Part shown: in pieces, positions 49,622-58,116 of the stretch
How positions within the stretch are numbered: position 1 is the stretch's first letter
Layout of the letters: every line of letters starts with the position of its first letter
Assembly (NCBI GenBank): GCA_038230755.1
Contig: JBBRMP010000002.1
Span: 4,100 to 68,099 of the forward strand
From: Cytophagales bacterium
Lineage (GTDB): Bacteria; Bacteroidota; Bacteroidia; Cytophagales; Spirosomataceae
Length of the DNA stretch: 64,000 nt
Direction of reading: 5' to 3'
The notes under the pieces: generated by a model
What the model was told of the DNA's origin: nothing
The model's database searches: none
Seen by the model: only the letters and a program-made list of their open reading frames with translations
Position numbers and translations under genes: made by a program

Positions 49622-52600
49622 TTATAAGCTGATGGTGGCACCGAGGGTAACGGTTCGGGGTAGTGGGAAACGGCCCACGTCGTTGCCACCCACTTCAGGG
49701 AATGTGCCGTTGTAGCCCGTGAAATACACCAGATTCGAGCCGGTCAGGAATACGCGCAGGCCCCGAATGCGGTTGGCCGTGAGGCGGGAAAGCAGTTGAG
49801 CGGGCGTTTCATAACTAACCGTTAGTTCGCGCAGGGCCAGGTAATCCCCCTTCTGCCAGTAGTTGGCCGGGGGGGTGGTGCTGCCCCCTGCATCGAGGAA
49901 GTAGTTGCGTCCGTAATTGGCCCAGTAATAGCGGGGCAGCGTGGCCGCCGGGTTTTCGGGCGTCCAGGTTTGGGTTACGTCTATGGGCCCGTTTTGCGAC
50001 CCCTGCACCTGCGACATTCCCCGCAGATACATCTGGTTGGCAATGACGAAGCCCAGCGAATAATCAAATTGAGCATACAGGCTGAAGCCTTTCCAACTCA
50101 GGCTGGACGAAAACCCACCCTGAATGGTGGGCGTAGTGCGGCCCACAAAAACAAAATCCCGGTAGTCGAGCGTGTCGTTTTTATCAGTATCCCGCCAGCG
50201 GGCGTCGCCGAGAAGTTTGATGCGCTTGTTGACATAGGGCAGGTACGTGTTGACGAGGTTCGCCCGGGTGTCGATGTCCGCCTGTGAGGTATACAGTCCG
50301 TCGTAGACGGGGGCGTAGATTTCGTCGGTCCCCACCCGTTTCCCTTCCTGCAACCCGCCTACCCAAACCAACTTGTTCTGACCGGGGTCATAAATCTGCA
50401 CGGCTCCCTGCCGGTTTTGCTCAAGGCCGTTGTTGGGCAGCTTCTGAGCGAAGTTTTTTACATGGAACAGGTTGGCGTTTACCCGCCAGGCCAGGCCGCC
50501 CGCCGTGGTGGGTTTAATGACATCGGCCCTGATTTCCAGCTCGATACCCCGATTCTGGAGTTGGCCTAAATTGGTCACGTACGAGGTGTAGCCGGTGGAA
50601 ACGGGAATGGTAAGCGAGCTGATTTTATCATACACGTTGCGGATGAAGTAATCGGCAATCACCGTAACCCGGTTGTTGAACAGCCCCACGTCCAGCCCAA
50701 AGTTGAGCGTGTTGGCGCGTTCCCATTTCAGGTTAGTATTGGTAATGCTGCCCGCCGTAAAGCCCGGCTGCCCGTTGTAGGTACCCACGCTGCCGTACTG
50801 CGGAATGGTGGCGTAGTCGCCGAGGGGCGTAATGCTGCCGTTTTCGCCGAAGCTAATGCGGGGCTTCAGCGTGGAGACGTACCGGCTCAGGAATGATTTG
50901 GCAAAAAAGTCAGCGTAGTGTATGTTCCAGCCAGCCGATATACCGGGGAAAAAGCCGTACTGGTTGTTGGTCAGCTTGGAGGTACCATCATAGCGCAGGT
51001 TCACGTTCAACAGGTACATGTTGTCGAAGGTGTAGTTGACCCGCCCAATGACAGAGGCCAGCCGCTGCCAGCTTGTAAAGGAGGATGTGGGTACGCCCAC
51101 CGCCGCCGTCGATGCCGACAGCCAGGGAATAAAATCAGTAGCCGCCAGGTTGGCCGTTGCGCCGTAATCGTACGTCCGGGCTTCGTAAAGCTCCCCTCCC
51201 CCCAGCAGCGAAATGGTGTGCTTGCCAACGTCTTTGTCGTATTGCAGAAATCCGTTGTACGTATACTGACTGGCCCGCTGATTGGTAAACGAGGCATTCC
51301 GGGTACTGACCAGTGCCCCGCCAGTACCGTTGATATACGCTTTGGTGAAGGCATCGGTGGTAGTGTAGCGGTAGAAACCCGATGCCGAGCCTACCGCTTT
51401 CAGGCCGGGCATGATGGTATAGGTCAGGTTTACGCCGCCGGAATACCGCTGCTCGGTGGTTTGGTTAAAAAATTTGTCCCGAAAATAAGCGGGGTTGCCC
51501 AGCGTACTGCCATCCACACCCGGCAGTTGGGCCCCGGTGATATCATGCGTCAGCCGAACCGTTGGTGCAATGCCCGTGAAGCGTTGAATAACGCCCCCGT
51601 TTACGCCCCCACCCCCATCAGCGGTGAGATAGGATGGGGTTGTTTCAGCACTATACCCGGCCAGGTTGAGCGCAACGACCAGGTTTTTGCCCACGTTCAG
51701 CCCACCATTGAAGTTGAGATTCAGCCGTTTCAGGGCCGAGCCAATGACAATACCCTGGTCGCTCAGGCTCCCCAGGCCCAGCGAGAAATTACCCTGGTCG
51801 CTGCCACCCGAAAAATTGAGGTAATGCTCATTCAGCGCCCCGCGCTGAAGGATCAGGTCTTCCAGGTCGCGCTGCGGGGTGGAGCGGTAAAGCAGGCTGT
51901 CGGTCTGGCTGGAATTAAACGGATTTTTGTCAAGTAGCAACCTGTACTGCGGGTCGTTGAGCAGCTTTCGGTTGGCGTTGGAAACAAGTTGGGTCGAGTA
52001 CTTGCCGTCGGGAGCCGTCCAGCCTGAGTTGACGCCCCAGCCCCAGGCACCCGTAAGCTGGTTGCGGGCGTTGTTCATCTCGGCGGTGTTGCCGTCGGCC
52101 TGCGCGGCGGCAAAACGGCTGGCCAGCCCCTGCCGGTTCCAGTGGATATAATCAGCCGCGTTCATGTACGGCAGCGGATTCCGCCGGATGTAGTTGTTGG
52201 CCGTTTTGTAGCTGTAGGTGACGGACGTACGGCCTTTTTTGCCCCTTTTGGTGGTCACTAAAATAACGCCGTTGGAGGCCCGGGCCCCGTAAATGGCCGC
52301 CGAAGCCGCATCTTTCAGCAGGTCAATTTTCTCGACATCTTCCGTATTGATGCCAAACAGCGAGGGAACGATGACCCCATCCAGCACCACCAGCGGCGAT
52401 CCGCCCCCGTTGAAGTCGGTGCCTCCCCGAAATACGATGGTGGGCGTGGCCCCCGGTTGCCCCGTCGTTTGCTGCACCCGAAGCCCCGGTGCCGTGCCCT
52501 GGAGGGCGGTGCCCACGTTGGTGCGGGGTACGGATTTGAACACGGTGTTGTCGATACTGGAAACGGCCCCCGTTAGCGTCCGTCGGCTTTGTTGACCGTA

Positions 52601-52942
52601 CCCCACCACCACGACCTCGTCCAGACTTTTGCTGCTTTCGGCCAGGAGAATGTCGAGTGTCGTCTGTTTGTCGATACTGATTTCCTGCGAAGTCATGCTA
52701 ATCATAGACACTACCAGCACGTCTCCCTGATTGACCTGGATAGAAAATTTACCTTCCTGGTCGGTTACGGTTCCCCGGGCCGTTCCTTTCAGGCTGATGT
52801 TTACCCCCGGCAGGCTTTCGTTGGAGGGGGTCTCCCGCACAACACCGGTCAAAACTCTAGGCTGTGCCCAGGCAGTCAGGGCGACCAAGCAGCAGACTAT
52901 AAGTAATACATATTGTTTAGGGTAACGAATAGAAGTGAGCAT
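49622..52942 (-). CDS. SusC-family TonB-dependent transporter (NanO-like)
   Basis: EVVVVGYG, LKDAASAAIYGARA, LKWE. Confidence 0.95.
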   Translation of the reverse strand: MLTSIRYPKQYVLLIVCCLVALTAWAQPRVLTGVVRETPSNESLPGVNISLKGTARGTVTDQEGKFSIQVNQGDVLVVSMISMTSQEISIDKQTTLDILLAESSKSLDEVVVVGYGQQSRRTLTGAVSSIDNTVFKSVPRTNVGTALQGTAPGLRVQQTTGQPGATPTIVFRGGTDFNGGGSPLVVLDGVIVPSLFGINTEDVEKIDLLKDAASAAIYGARASNGVILVTTKRGKKGRTSVTYSYKTANNYIRRNPLPYMNAADYIHWNRQGLASRFAAAQADGNTAEMNNARNQLTGAWGWGVNSGWTAPDGKYSTQLVSNANRKLLNDPQYRLLLDKNPFNSSQTDSLLYRSTPQRDLEDLILQRGALNEHYLNFSGGSDQGNFSLGLGSLSDQGIVIGSALKRLNLNFNGGLNVGKNLVVALNLAGYSAETTPSYLTADGGGGVNGGVIQRFTGIAPTVRLTHDITGAQLPGVDGSTLGNPAYFRDKFFNQTTEQRYSGGVNLTYTIMPGLKAVGSASGFYRYTTTDAFTKAYINGTGGALVSTRNASFTNQRASQYTYNGFLQYDKDVGKHTISLLGGGELYEARTYDYGATANLAATDFIPWLSASTAAVGVPTSSFTSWQRLASVIGRVNYTFDNMYLLNVNLRYDGTSKLTNNQYGFFPGISAGWNIHYADFFAKSFLSRYVSTLKPRISFGENGSITPLGDYATIPQYGSVGTYNGQPGFTAGSITNTNLKWERANTLNFGLDVGLFNNRVTVIADYFIRNVYDKISSLTIPVSTGYTSYVTNLGQLQNRGIELEIRADVIKPTTAGGLAWRVNANLFHVKNFAQKLPNNGLEQNRQGAVQIYDPGQNKLVWVGGLQEGKRVGTDEIYAPVYDGLYTSQADIDTRANLVNTYLPYVNKRIKLLGDARWRDTDKNDTLDYRDFVFVGRTTPTIQGGFSSSLSWKGFSLYAQFDYSLGFVIANQMYLRGMSQVQGSQNGPIDVTQTWTPENPAATLPRYYWANYGRNYFLDAGGSTTPPANYWQKGDYLALRELTVSYETPAQLLSRLTANRIRGLRVFLTGSNLVYFTGYNGTFPEVGGNDVGRFPLPRTVTLGATISL

Positions 52943-52985
52943 TGCCAACAGTTTTTAGGATGAAAGACGGATCGACTTGACCATG

Positions 52986-52993
52986 CAAAAGTA
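52986..52993 (-). promoter_or_regulatory. -7 promoter element for the nan operon
   Basis: TACTTTTG in the divergent intergenic region. Confidence 0.5.
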
Positions 52994-53107
52994 TTATGTT
53001 ATACTTAATGCACAAAATATTAGCCGAAATTTTTATTTTTTGCCTTTAATGCCGAATATTGTCTGACTTATTATTGAGTCCGGTCATCTTTAAATAGTAC
53101 TTATTAA

Positions 53108-53812
53108 ATGGATTACGCAGGCATTCAGCATGGTCAGCAGCAACATGAGCAGGTAACCTTAGTGGATAAGGTGGAAGCTGATCTGCTGAGTTTTTTTAAC
53201 GAGCAGCAGTTTAAAGCGGGCGACGTGATCCCGAAGGAAGTAGAACTGGCCACGCAACTGGGCGTCAGTCGGACGGTTGTGCGCGAGGCCATGCTACGGC
53301 TACGGATGCGGGGGCTGATTGACTCCAAGAAGAAACGGGGCACCGTGATCACCAACCCCGATTTGCTCTCGCTCATTGAAAAGACCATGTATCCCGGCAT
53401 CCTGGACGACCAGACCCTGCGTGACATTTTTGAGCTGCGGATGGTGCTGGAAATCGGCATGGGCGATTTACTCTTCGAGCGCGTTACGCAGGCCGACATC
53501 GACGAGTTATACGCCATTGTGGCCGACGAACCGGTCAACACCGAAAAGACCATTTTCAACATCGACCAGGAAGTGCGCTTCCACGGTAAACTCTACGACA
53601 TTACGGGCAACGAGACCCTACGCCGGTTCCAGCGCATGTTGCTGCCTACGTTCAAATATGTCCACGAAGGCGACATTTTTAAGAAGCCCGTGCAGCATAA
53701 GAAATTCGTATCGCACCGGGGTCTGGTCGATGTCATTCAGCACGGCAACCCCGAAACGTTTCGCAACGCCATGCGCAACCACTTCGAGAATTATTTTCAG
53801 CGGCTGTTTTAA
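53108..53812 (+). CDS. GntR/FadR-family regulator (NanR-like by context)
   Basis: PKEVELATQLGVSRTVVREA HTH plus FCD domain; divergent from the nan operon. Confidence 0.9.
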   Translation: MDYAGIQHGQQQHEQVTLVDKVEADLLSFFNEQQFKAGDVIPKEVELATQLGVSRTVVREAMLRLRMRGLIDSKKKRGTVITNPDLLSLIEKTMYPGILDDQTLRDIFELRMVLEIGMGDLLFERVTQADIDELYAIVADEPVNTEKTIFNIDQEVRFHGKLYDITGNETLRRFQRMLLPTFKYVHEGDIFKKPVQHKKFVSHRGLVDVIQHGNPETFRNAMRNHFENYFQRLF

Positions 53813-53823
53813 ACCCATCCTCT

Positions 53824-55032
53824 ATGAACTACACGTATCTCCTCTTCCTCGGCTTTATGGCCTGCGCGACCACCACGCCGAAGCCGGCCAACACCGGCAC
53901 GGTGTCTGCAACGACGCCTGCACCCGCACCGGACGTGGACGAAACCAGCGTGTTTCAGAATGATGAAGGCGGCTATAAATGCTACCGGATTCCGGCCATC
54001 GTGAAGGCCCCCAACGGCGAGTTGCTGGCCTTTGCCGAAGGCCGCCTAACGGATTGCGGCGATTTTGGCGACGTGGAAATCGTGCTGCGAACCAGTACCG
54101 ACAACGGCAAAACGTGGGGAGCTACTAGCCGGGCCGCCGACTACGGCCCGTTTCAGGTGGGCAATCCCGCCCCCGTTTTCGACCTCACCGACCCCAACTA
54201 CCCCAACGGGCGGCTGTTTTTGGTCTACAACACCGGCACCGTTTCCGAAGCCGACGTGCGGGCGGGCAAAGCCATCCGCGAAGTGTGGTACGTGACTAGT
54301 ACGACTAACGGCAAGAGTTGGTCGGAGCCGGTCAATATCACGACGCAGGTCAACCGTCCTAACAAGTCGGCTATGAATCCCGCGTATACATTTTATGAAG
54401 ACTGGCGGTCATACGCCAACACGCCGGGCCACGCGCTGCAACTGGGCCAGGGCGCGCGTAAAGGCCGGATTTTTGTGGCCGCCAACCATTCGGCGGGGCC
54501 ACCGCAGCCGAACTTCCGCGACTATCGGGCGCACGGCTTCTACTCCGACGACCACGGCAAAACCTGGCAGCTCTCGAACACGATTACCTACCCCGGCGGC
54601 AACGAAAGCACCGCTGCCGAAACCAGCGACGGGGGCGTGTTGATGAACATCCGCAACCAGTCGGGTGATGTAAAAAATCGGTTGATGGCTTACTCCGCCA
54701 ACGGGGGCGAAAGCTGGGAAGCCGTTCGGGTAGCGACCGACTTACCCGACCCCGTCAACGAGGGCAGCATGGTCAATTACCGAACGGGCGGCGAAAAAAA
54801 CGTCCTGCTGTTCAGCAACGCCAACAGCCAGACGAAGCGCGAAAAAATGACCGTACGGATCAGTCAGGACGATGGCAAAAGCTGGTCGGCGGGTAAGGAG
54901 ATTTACGTGGGTTCGGCGGCATATTCTGATTTGGTGGTGCAGCAGAACGGACAGATTGGGCTGCTTTACGAAAAAGATAATTACAGCAAAATCGTGTATG
55001 CGCGCTTTTCGTACGACTGGCTGACTCGCTAA
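53824..55032 (+). CDS. GH33 sialidase, lipoprotein
   Basis: YRIP motif, five Asp-box-like repeats (STDNGKTW, STTNGKSW, SDDHGKTW, SANGGESW, SQDDGKSW), lipobox FMAC. Confidence 0.93.
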   Translation: MNYTYLLFLGFMACATTTPKPANTGTVSATTPAPAPDVDETSVFQNDEGGYKCYRIPAIVKAPNGELLAFAEGRLTDCGDFGDVEIVLRTSTDNGKTWGATSRAADYGPFQVGNPAPVFDLTDPNYPNGRLFLVYNTGTVSEADVRAGKAIREVWYVTSTTNGKSWSEPVNITTQVNRPNKSAMNPAYTFYEDWRSYANTPGHALQLGQGARKGRIFVAANHSAGPPQPNFRDYRAHGFYSDDHGKTWQLSNTITYPGGNESTAAETSDGGVLMNIRNQSGDVKNRLMAYSANGGESWEAVRVATDLPDPVNEGSMVNYRTGGEKNVLLFSNANSQTKREKMTVRISQDDGKSWSAGKEIYVGSAAYSDLVVQQNGQIGLLYEKDNYSKIVYARFSYDWLTR

Positions 55033-55033
55033 A

Positions 55034-55409
55034 ACGGCCTGCCTAATCATCACATCGACGCTGCTGGCCCAAACGCACCCTTACGACACGACCTGCCAAA
55101 GTACGCATTACGAGCAGAAAAGCACCTTGTAAGTAGTCGAGCTAAAATAAGAGACACAAGTATATTTTTAATACACTGACAGTCAGATAGTTAATCAGCA
55201 ATAAAGCGTCGTTCTTTTTCGCTCACCTACTTACGAGTCGCTGCCCAATACACGCGGCGAGATCATTTTCCTCGGCAACAGCCTTACCGATACCGCCGAA
55301 TGGGGTGAGCTGTTTAGATGCCCGCTACACCAACGACGGGCTTCACCTTAATGGCGCGGGATACGGCCGCTGGGTAGCTGCCCTGCAGGAAAAGAAACAC
55401 ATGAAATGA
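55034..55409 (+). pseudogene. GDSL/SGNH esterase remnant (start lost, MITE insertion, large internal deletion)
   Basis: HYEQKSTL|YESLPNTRGEIIFLGNSLTD..EWGELF then DARYTNDGLHLNGAGY..W; stop overlaps the nanE ATG. Confidence 0.85.
55130..55233. mobile_element. 100-bp MITE with TA target duplication
   Basis: TA-AGTAGTCGAGC ... GCTCACCTACT-TA; excision restores the GDSL reading frame. Confidence 0.85.
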
Positions 55410-56569
55410 CCACGACCCAAACCTACGCCGGGCAGTACCGCGACAATCTGCTGAACGATGTGCTTCCTTTTTGGCAAGCTCACTCGATTGACCACGAATC
55501 AGGGGGCTTTTTTACCTGCCTGGATCAGACCGGCCAAGTCTACGATACCGATAAATTCATCTGGTTGCAGGCCCGGCAGGTCTGGACGTTTGCGATGCTC
55601 CACAACCAGATCGAGCAGCGGCCCGACTGGTTGGCCACTGCTCAGCACGGGGCCGATTTTTTACAAAAGTACGGACGTGCCGACGACGGTAGCTGGTATT
55701 TCTCGCTCACCCGCGAGGGCAAACCGTTGGTGCAGCCCTACAACGTTTTTTCAGACTGCTTTGCGACAATGGCCTTCGGGCAGTTGTCGCTTGCTACGGG
55801 CCGGGATGAACACGCGTACCTGGCCAAAAGCACGTTTGAACAGATTCTGGCCCGACAGCACAATCCCAAAGGGCGCTGGAACAAAGCTGTCGCAGCTACA
55901 CGCCCACTGAAAAACTTTGCCCTGCCCATGATTCTGTGCAACCTCTCGTTGGAAATCGAGCACCTCCTTGATCGGAGTCTGGTGGACGAAACCATCGAGA
56001 CCTGCATCCACGAAGTAATGGACGTGTTTTACGACGCTGATCTGGGGCTTATCCGGGAAAACGTAACCCCCAGCGGCCAGGTGTCGGATAGTTTTGAGGG
56101 TCGGCTCCTCAACCCGGGCCACGCCATTGAAGCCATGTGGTTTATTATGGACCTGGCCACCCGTCGCAACGACCACCCCCTGCTCGAAAAAGCCGTTCAG
56201 ATCACCCTCGATACCCTCGACTATGCCTGGGACCCGCAACACGGTGGCCTGTTCTACTTCATGGATGCTCATGGCCACCCCCCTCAGCAATTGGAATGGG
56301 ATCAAAAACTCTGGTGGGTTCATATCGAAACGTTGATTAGTTTACTTAAGGGCTACCAGAAAACGGACAATCCGGCTTGCTGGGACTGGTTTGAGCGGAT
56401 TCACGCGTACACCTGGGCCAACTTTCCTGATCCGGTAAATGGGGAATGGTACGGCTATCTGAACCGGCAGGGAGAGGTGTTGTTATCGTTGAAAGGGGGC
56501 AAATGGAAAGGGTGTTTTCATGTGCCACGCGGCTTATATCAGTGCTGGCATGTACTATCTGAACTATAA
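55406..56569 (+). CDS. nanE: N-acylglucosamine 2-epimerase (AGE family)
   Basis: DKFIWLQAR, NPGHAIE, KLWWVH, KGCFHVPR. Confidence 0.92.
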   Translation: MTTTQTYAGQYRDNLLNDVLPFWQAHSIDHESGGFFTCLDQTGQVYDTDKFIWLQARQVWTFAMLHNQIEQRPDWLATAQHGADFLQKYGRADDGSWYFSLTREGKPLVQPYNVFSDCFATMAFGQLSLATGRDEHAYLAKSTFEQILARQHNPKGRWNKAVAATRPLKNFALPMILCNLSLEIEHLLDRSLVDETIETCIHEVMDVFYDADLGLIRENVTPSGQVSDSFEGRLLNPGHAIEAMWFIMDLATRRNDHPLLEKAVQITLDTLDYAWDPQHGGLFYFMDAHGHPPQQLEWDQKLWWVHIETLISLLKGYQKTDNPACWDWFERIHAYTWANFPDPVNGEWYGYLNRQGEVLLSLKGGKWKGCFHVPRGLYQCWHVLSEL

Positions 56570-56614
56570 ATGGGGCTAAACCAATCTGTATTTTCACATG
56601 AATATAGGTAAAAC

Positions 56615-56639
56615 GGTCAACGCTTTTTACGACGGGTCA
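56615..56639 (-). mobile_element. IS3-type terminal inverted repeat, right border of the glycan island
   Basis: GGTCAACGCTTTTTACGACGGGTCA, inverted partner of 26015-26039. Confidence 0.75.
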
Positions 56640-56646
56640 AGGGGGT

Positions 56647-57571
56647 TGTCTCGTCCTGAAATAGGTTTACACTAATTTCGTAAACTTGTGGTCGACAAAA
56701 CAGCGCGTCCAAGTCGAGAGCAAATCGTGCTAGAATACCTCAACGGCGGGGTTACATACCGCCAGATCGAAGCCGAGTATGGTATTGATCACGCCCACAT
56801 CCATCGGTGGGTAAGGCGACACCAAGGCAAAGAACGTGACCGATCCCAGGAAGGTAAAACCCGGGAAAATACCATTACCTGGTTCACCCCCCCCTGGTGC
56901 CCCCCCCGCCAGATCCTGAGCTAGTTAAGCTTCCCGAACAACTTCAACAGGCGCAGTTGACCATCGCTTTACTCGAAAAAGTCATCCGTATCGCCCAAGA
57001 AGAGCAAGGCCTCACCCTGCCAAAAAAGTCTACTACCAAGCCAGCAAAACTGTCGGCCAATACCAGCAACTAAGCGTTGCCAGCCTTTGTCCATTGCCTG
57101 GTCTGTCAAGACAGTCATTTTATGCTTTTTCTCGTACTCAGGCTCAGCAGGCCCTTGAGGCAGACTTGGTGCTTAGCGAGGTCACTCGCCCACGCCTGCT
57201 GCTGCCACAATCGGGTACACGCAAGCTGTTTTATAAGCTTGAGCCCTTCTTGCGCCAGCACCAGCTTGACTTGGGTCGGGATGCCCTCTTTGAGCTACTG
57301 GGGCGACATGGGTTGCTGATCCGACAACGGGCTGGCAAGAAGCCCAGAACGACCTTCTCTAACCACTGGTTACGCAAATACCGCAGCAGCGGACCATCCT
57401 AACCTGATCGCGGATTTGGTCATTGACCGGCCTAATCAGGTCTGGGTGGCTGATATTACTTACCTCCTGATCGGGGCTGGTTTTGGCTATTTGTTTCTGC
57501 TTACCGATGCCTACTCCCGCAAGATTGTTGGCCATACTCTGGAGGCTTCGCTGGCCGCCGAAGGGGCGATC
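56647..57571 (+). mobile_element. Decayed, truncated IS3-family element
   Basis: IRL TGTCTCGTCCTGAAATAGGTTTACA; OrfA HTH; AAAAAAG slippery site at 57022; OrfB PNQVWVADITY and TDAYSRKIVG; frameshifted, no right end. Confidence 0.9.
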
Positions 57572-57679
57572 CAAGTAAAGTACAAAAAGAGGATACCACG
57601 CCTTCTGCATCTTGAGGCAATTAATGAGCGAGTAGATAGGCCCCTTAGACTGGTAGCACAAGATCTTTTCATAATCAAT

Positions 57680-57787
57680 TACAGGGCTTTCTTAATAAAA
57701 AGATAAAGTAAGCTAATTACGTAACTTTGTTGCTTACGCATGACCCTTCGACTAGGCGTCCCAGATTTTTTACAAGAAAGCCCTGTA
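57680..57787. mobile_element. 104-bp MITE with perfect 12-bp TIRs and TA flanks
   Basis: TA-CAGGGCTTTCTT ... AAGAAAGCCCTG-TA. Confidence 0.8.
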
Positions 57788-57909
57788 TCAGCCAAAGAGC
57801 GATTGGCTTCAAGGGCGAGTTCTACAGTTTCCTGTAAATTGGCGCGGGTTTCTTCTAGCGTTCGGCAAGGTGTATTGGCACCGGGTAGTGCTTCCACACT
57901 TACGGCCAT
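57788..57909 (-). pseudogene. HicB-like antitoxin fragment
   Basis: VEALPGANT..RTLEETRANLQETVELALEANR; cut by the MITE. Confidence 0.7.
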
Positions 57910-58116
57910 TCACTCGTTACCTGAACTATTCCCCGAAATAGCTGCCTTTTCCAATGAATCTTCTGTGTGCGGCCTCGTTTGCCAAATTTTAGGCAAATTT
58001 GCAGCTTGATTACCGCAAAAGGCTACTGGCAGCCCGTTTGTTGCGAATCTCGCAACGGCACCAAACATTCGCCCGCCGGAACGCCGGACCGTCACCATTT
58101 CACTCATTTGCTCCTC

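Noticed and set aside
26011-56643. Target-site duplication around the IR-bounded island
   Set aside because: The flanks (tctt and aggg) do not match, so a recent clean transposition cannot be claimed.
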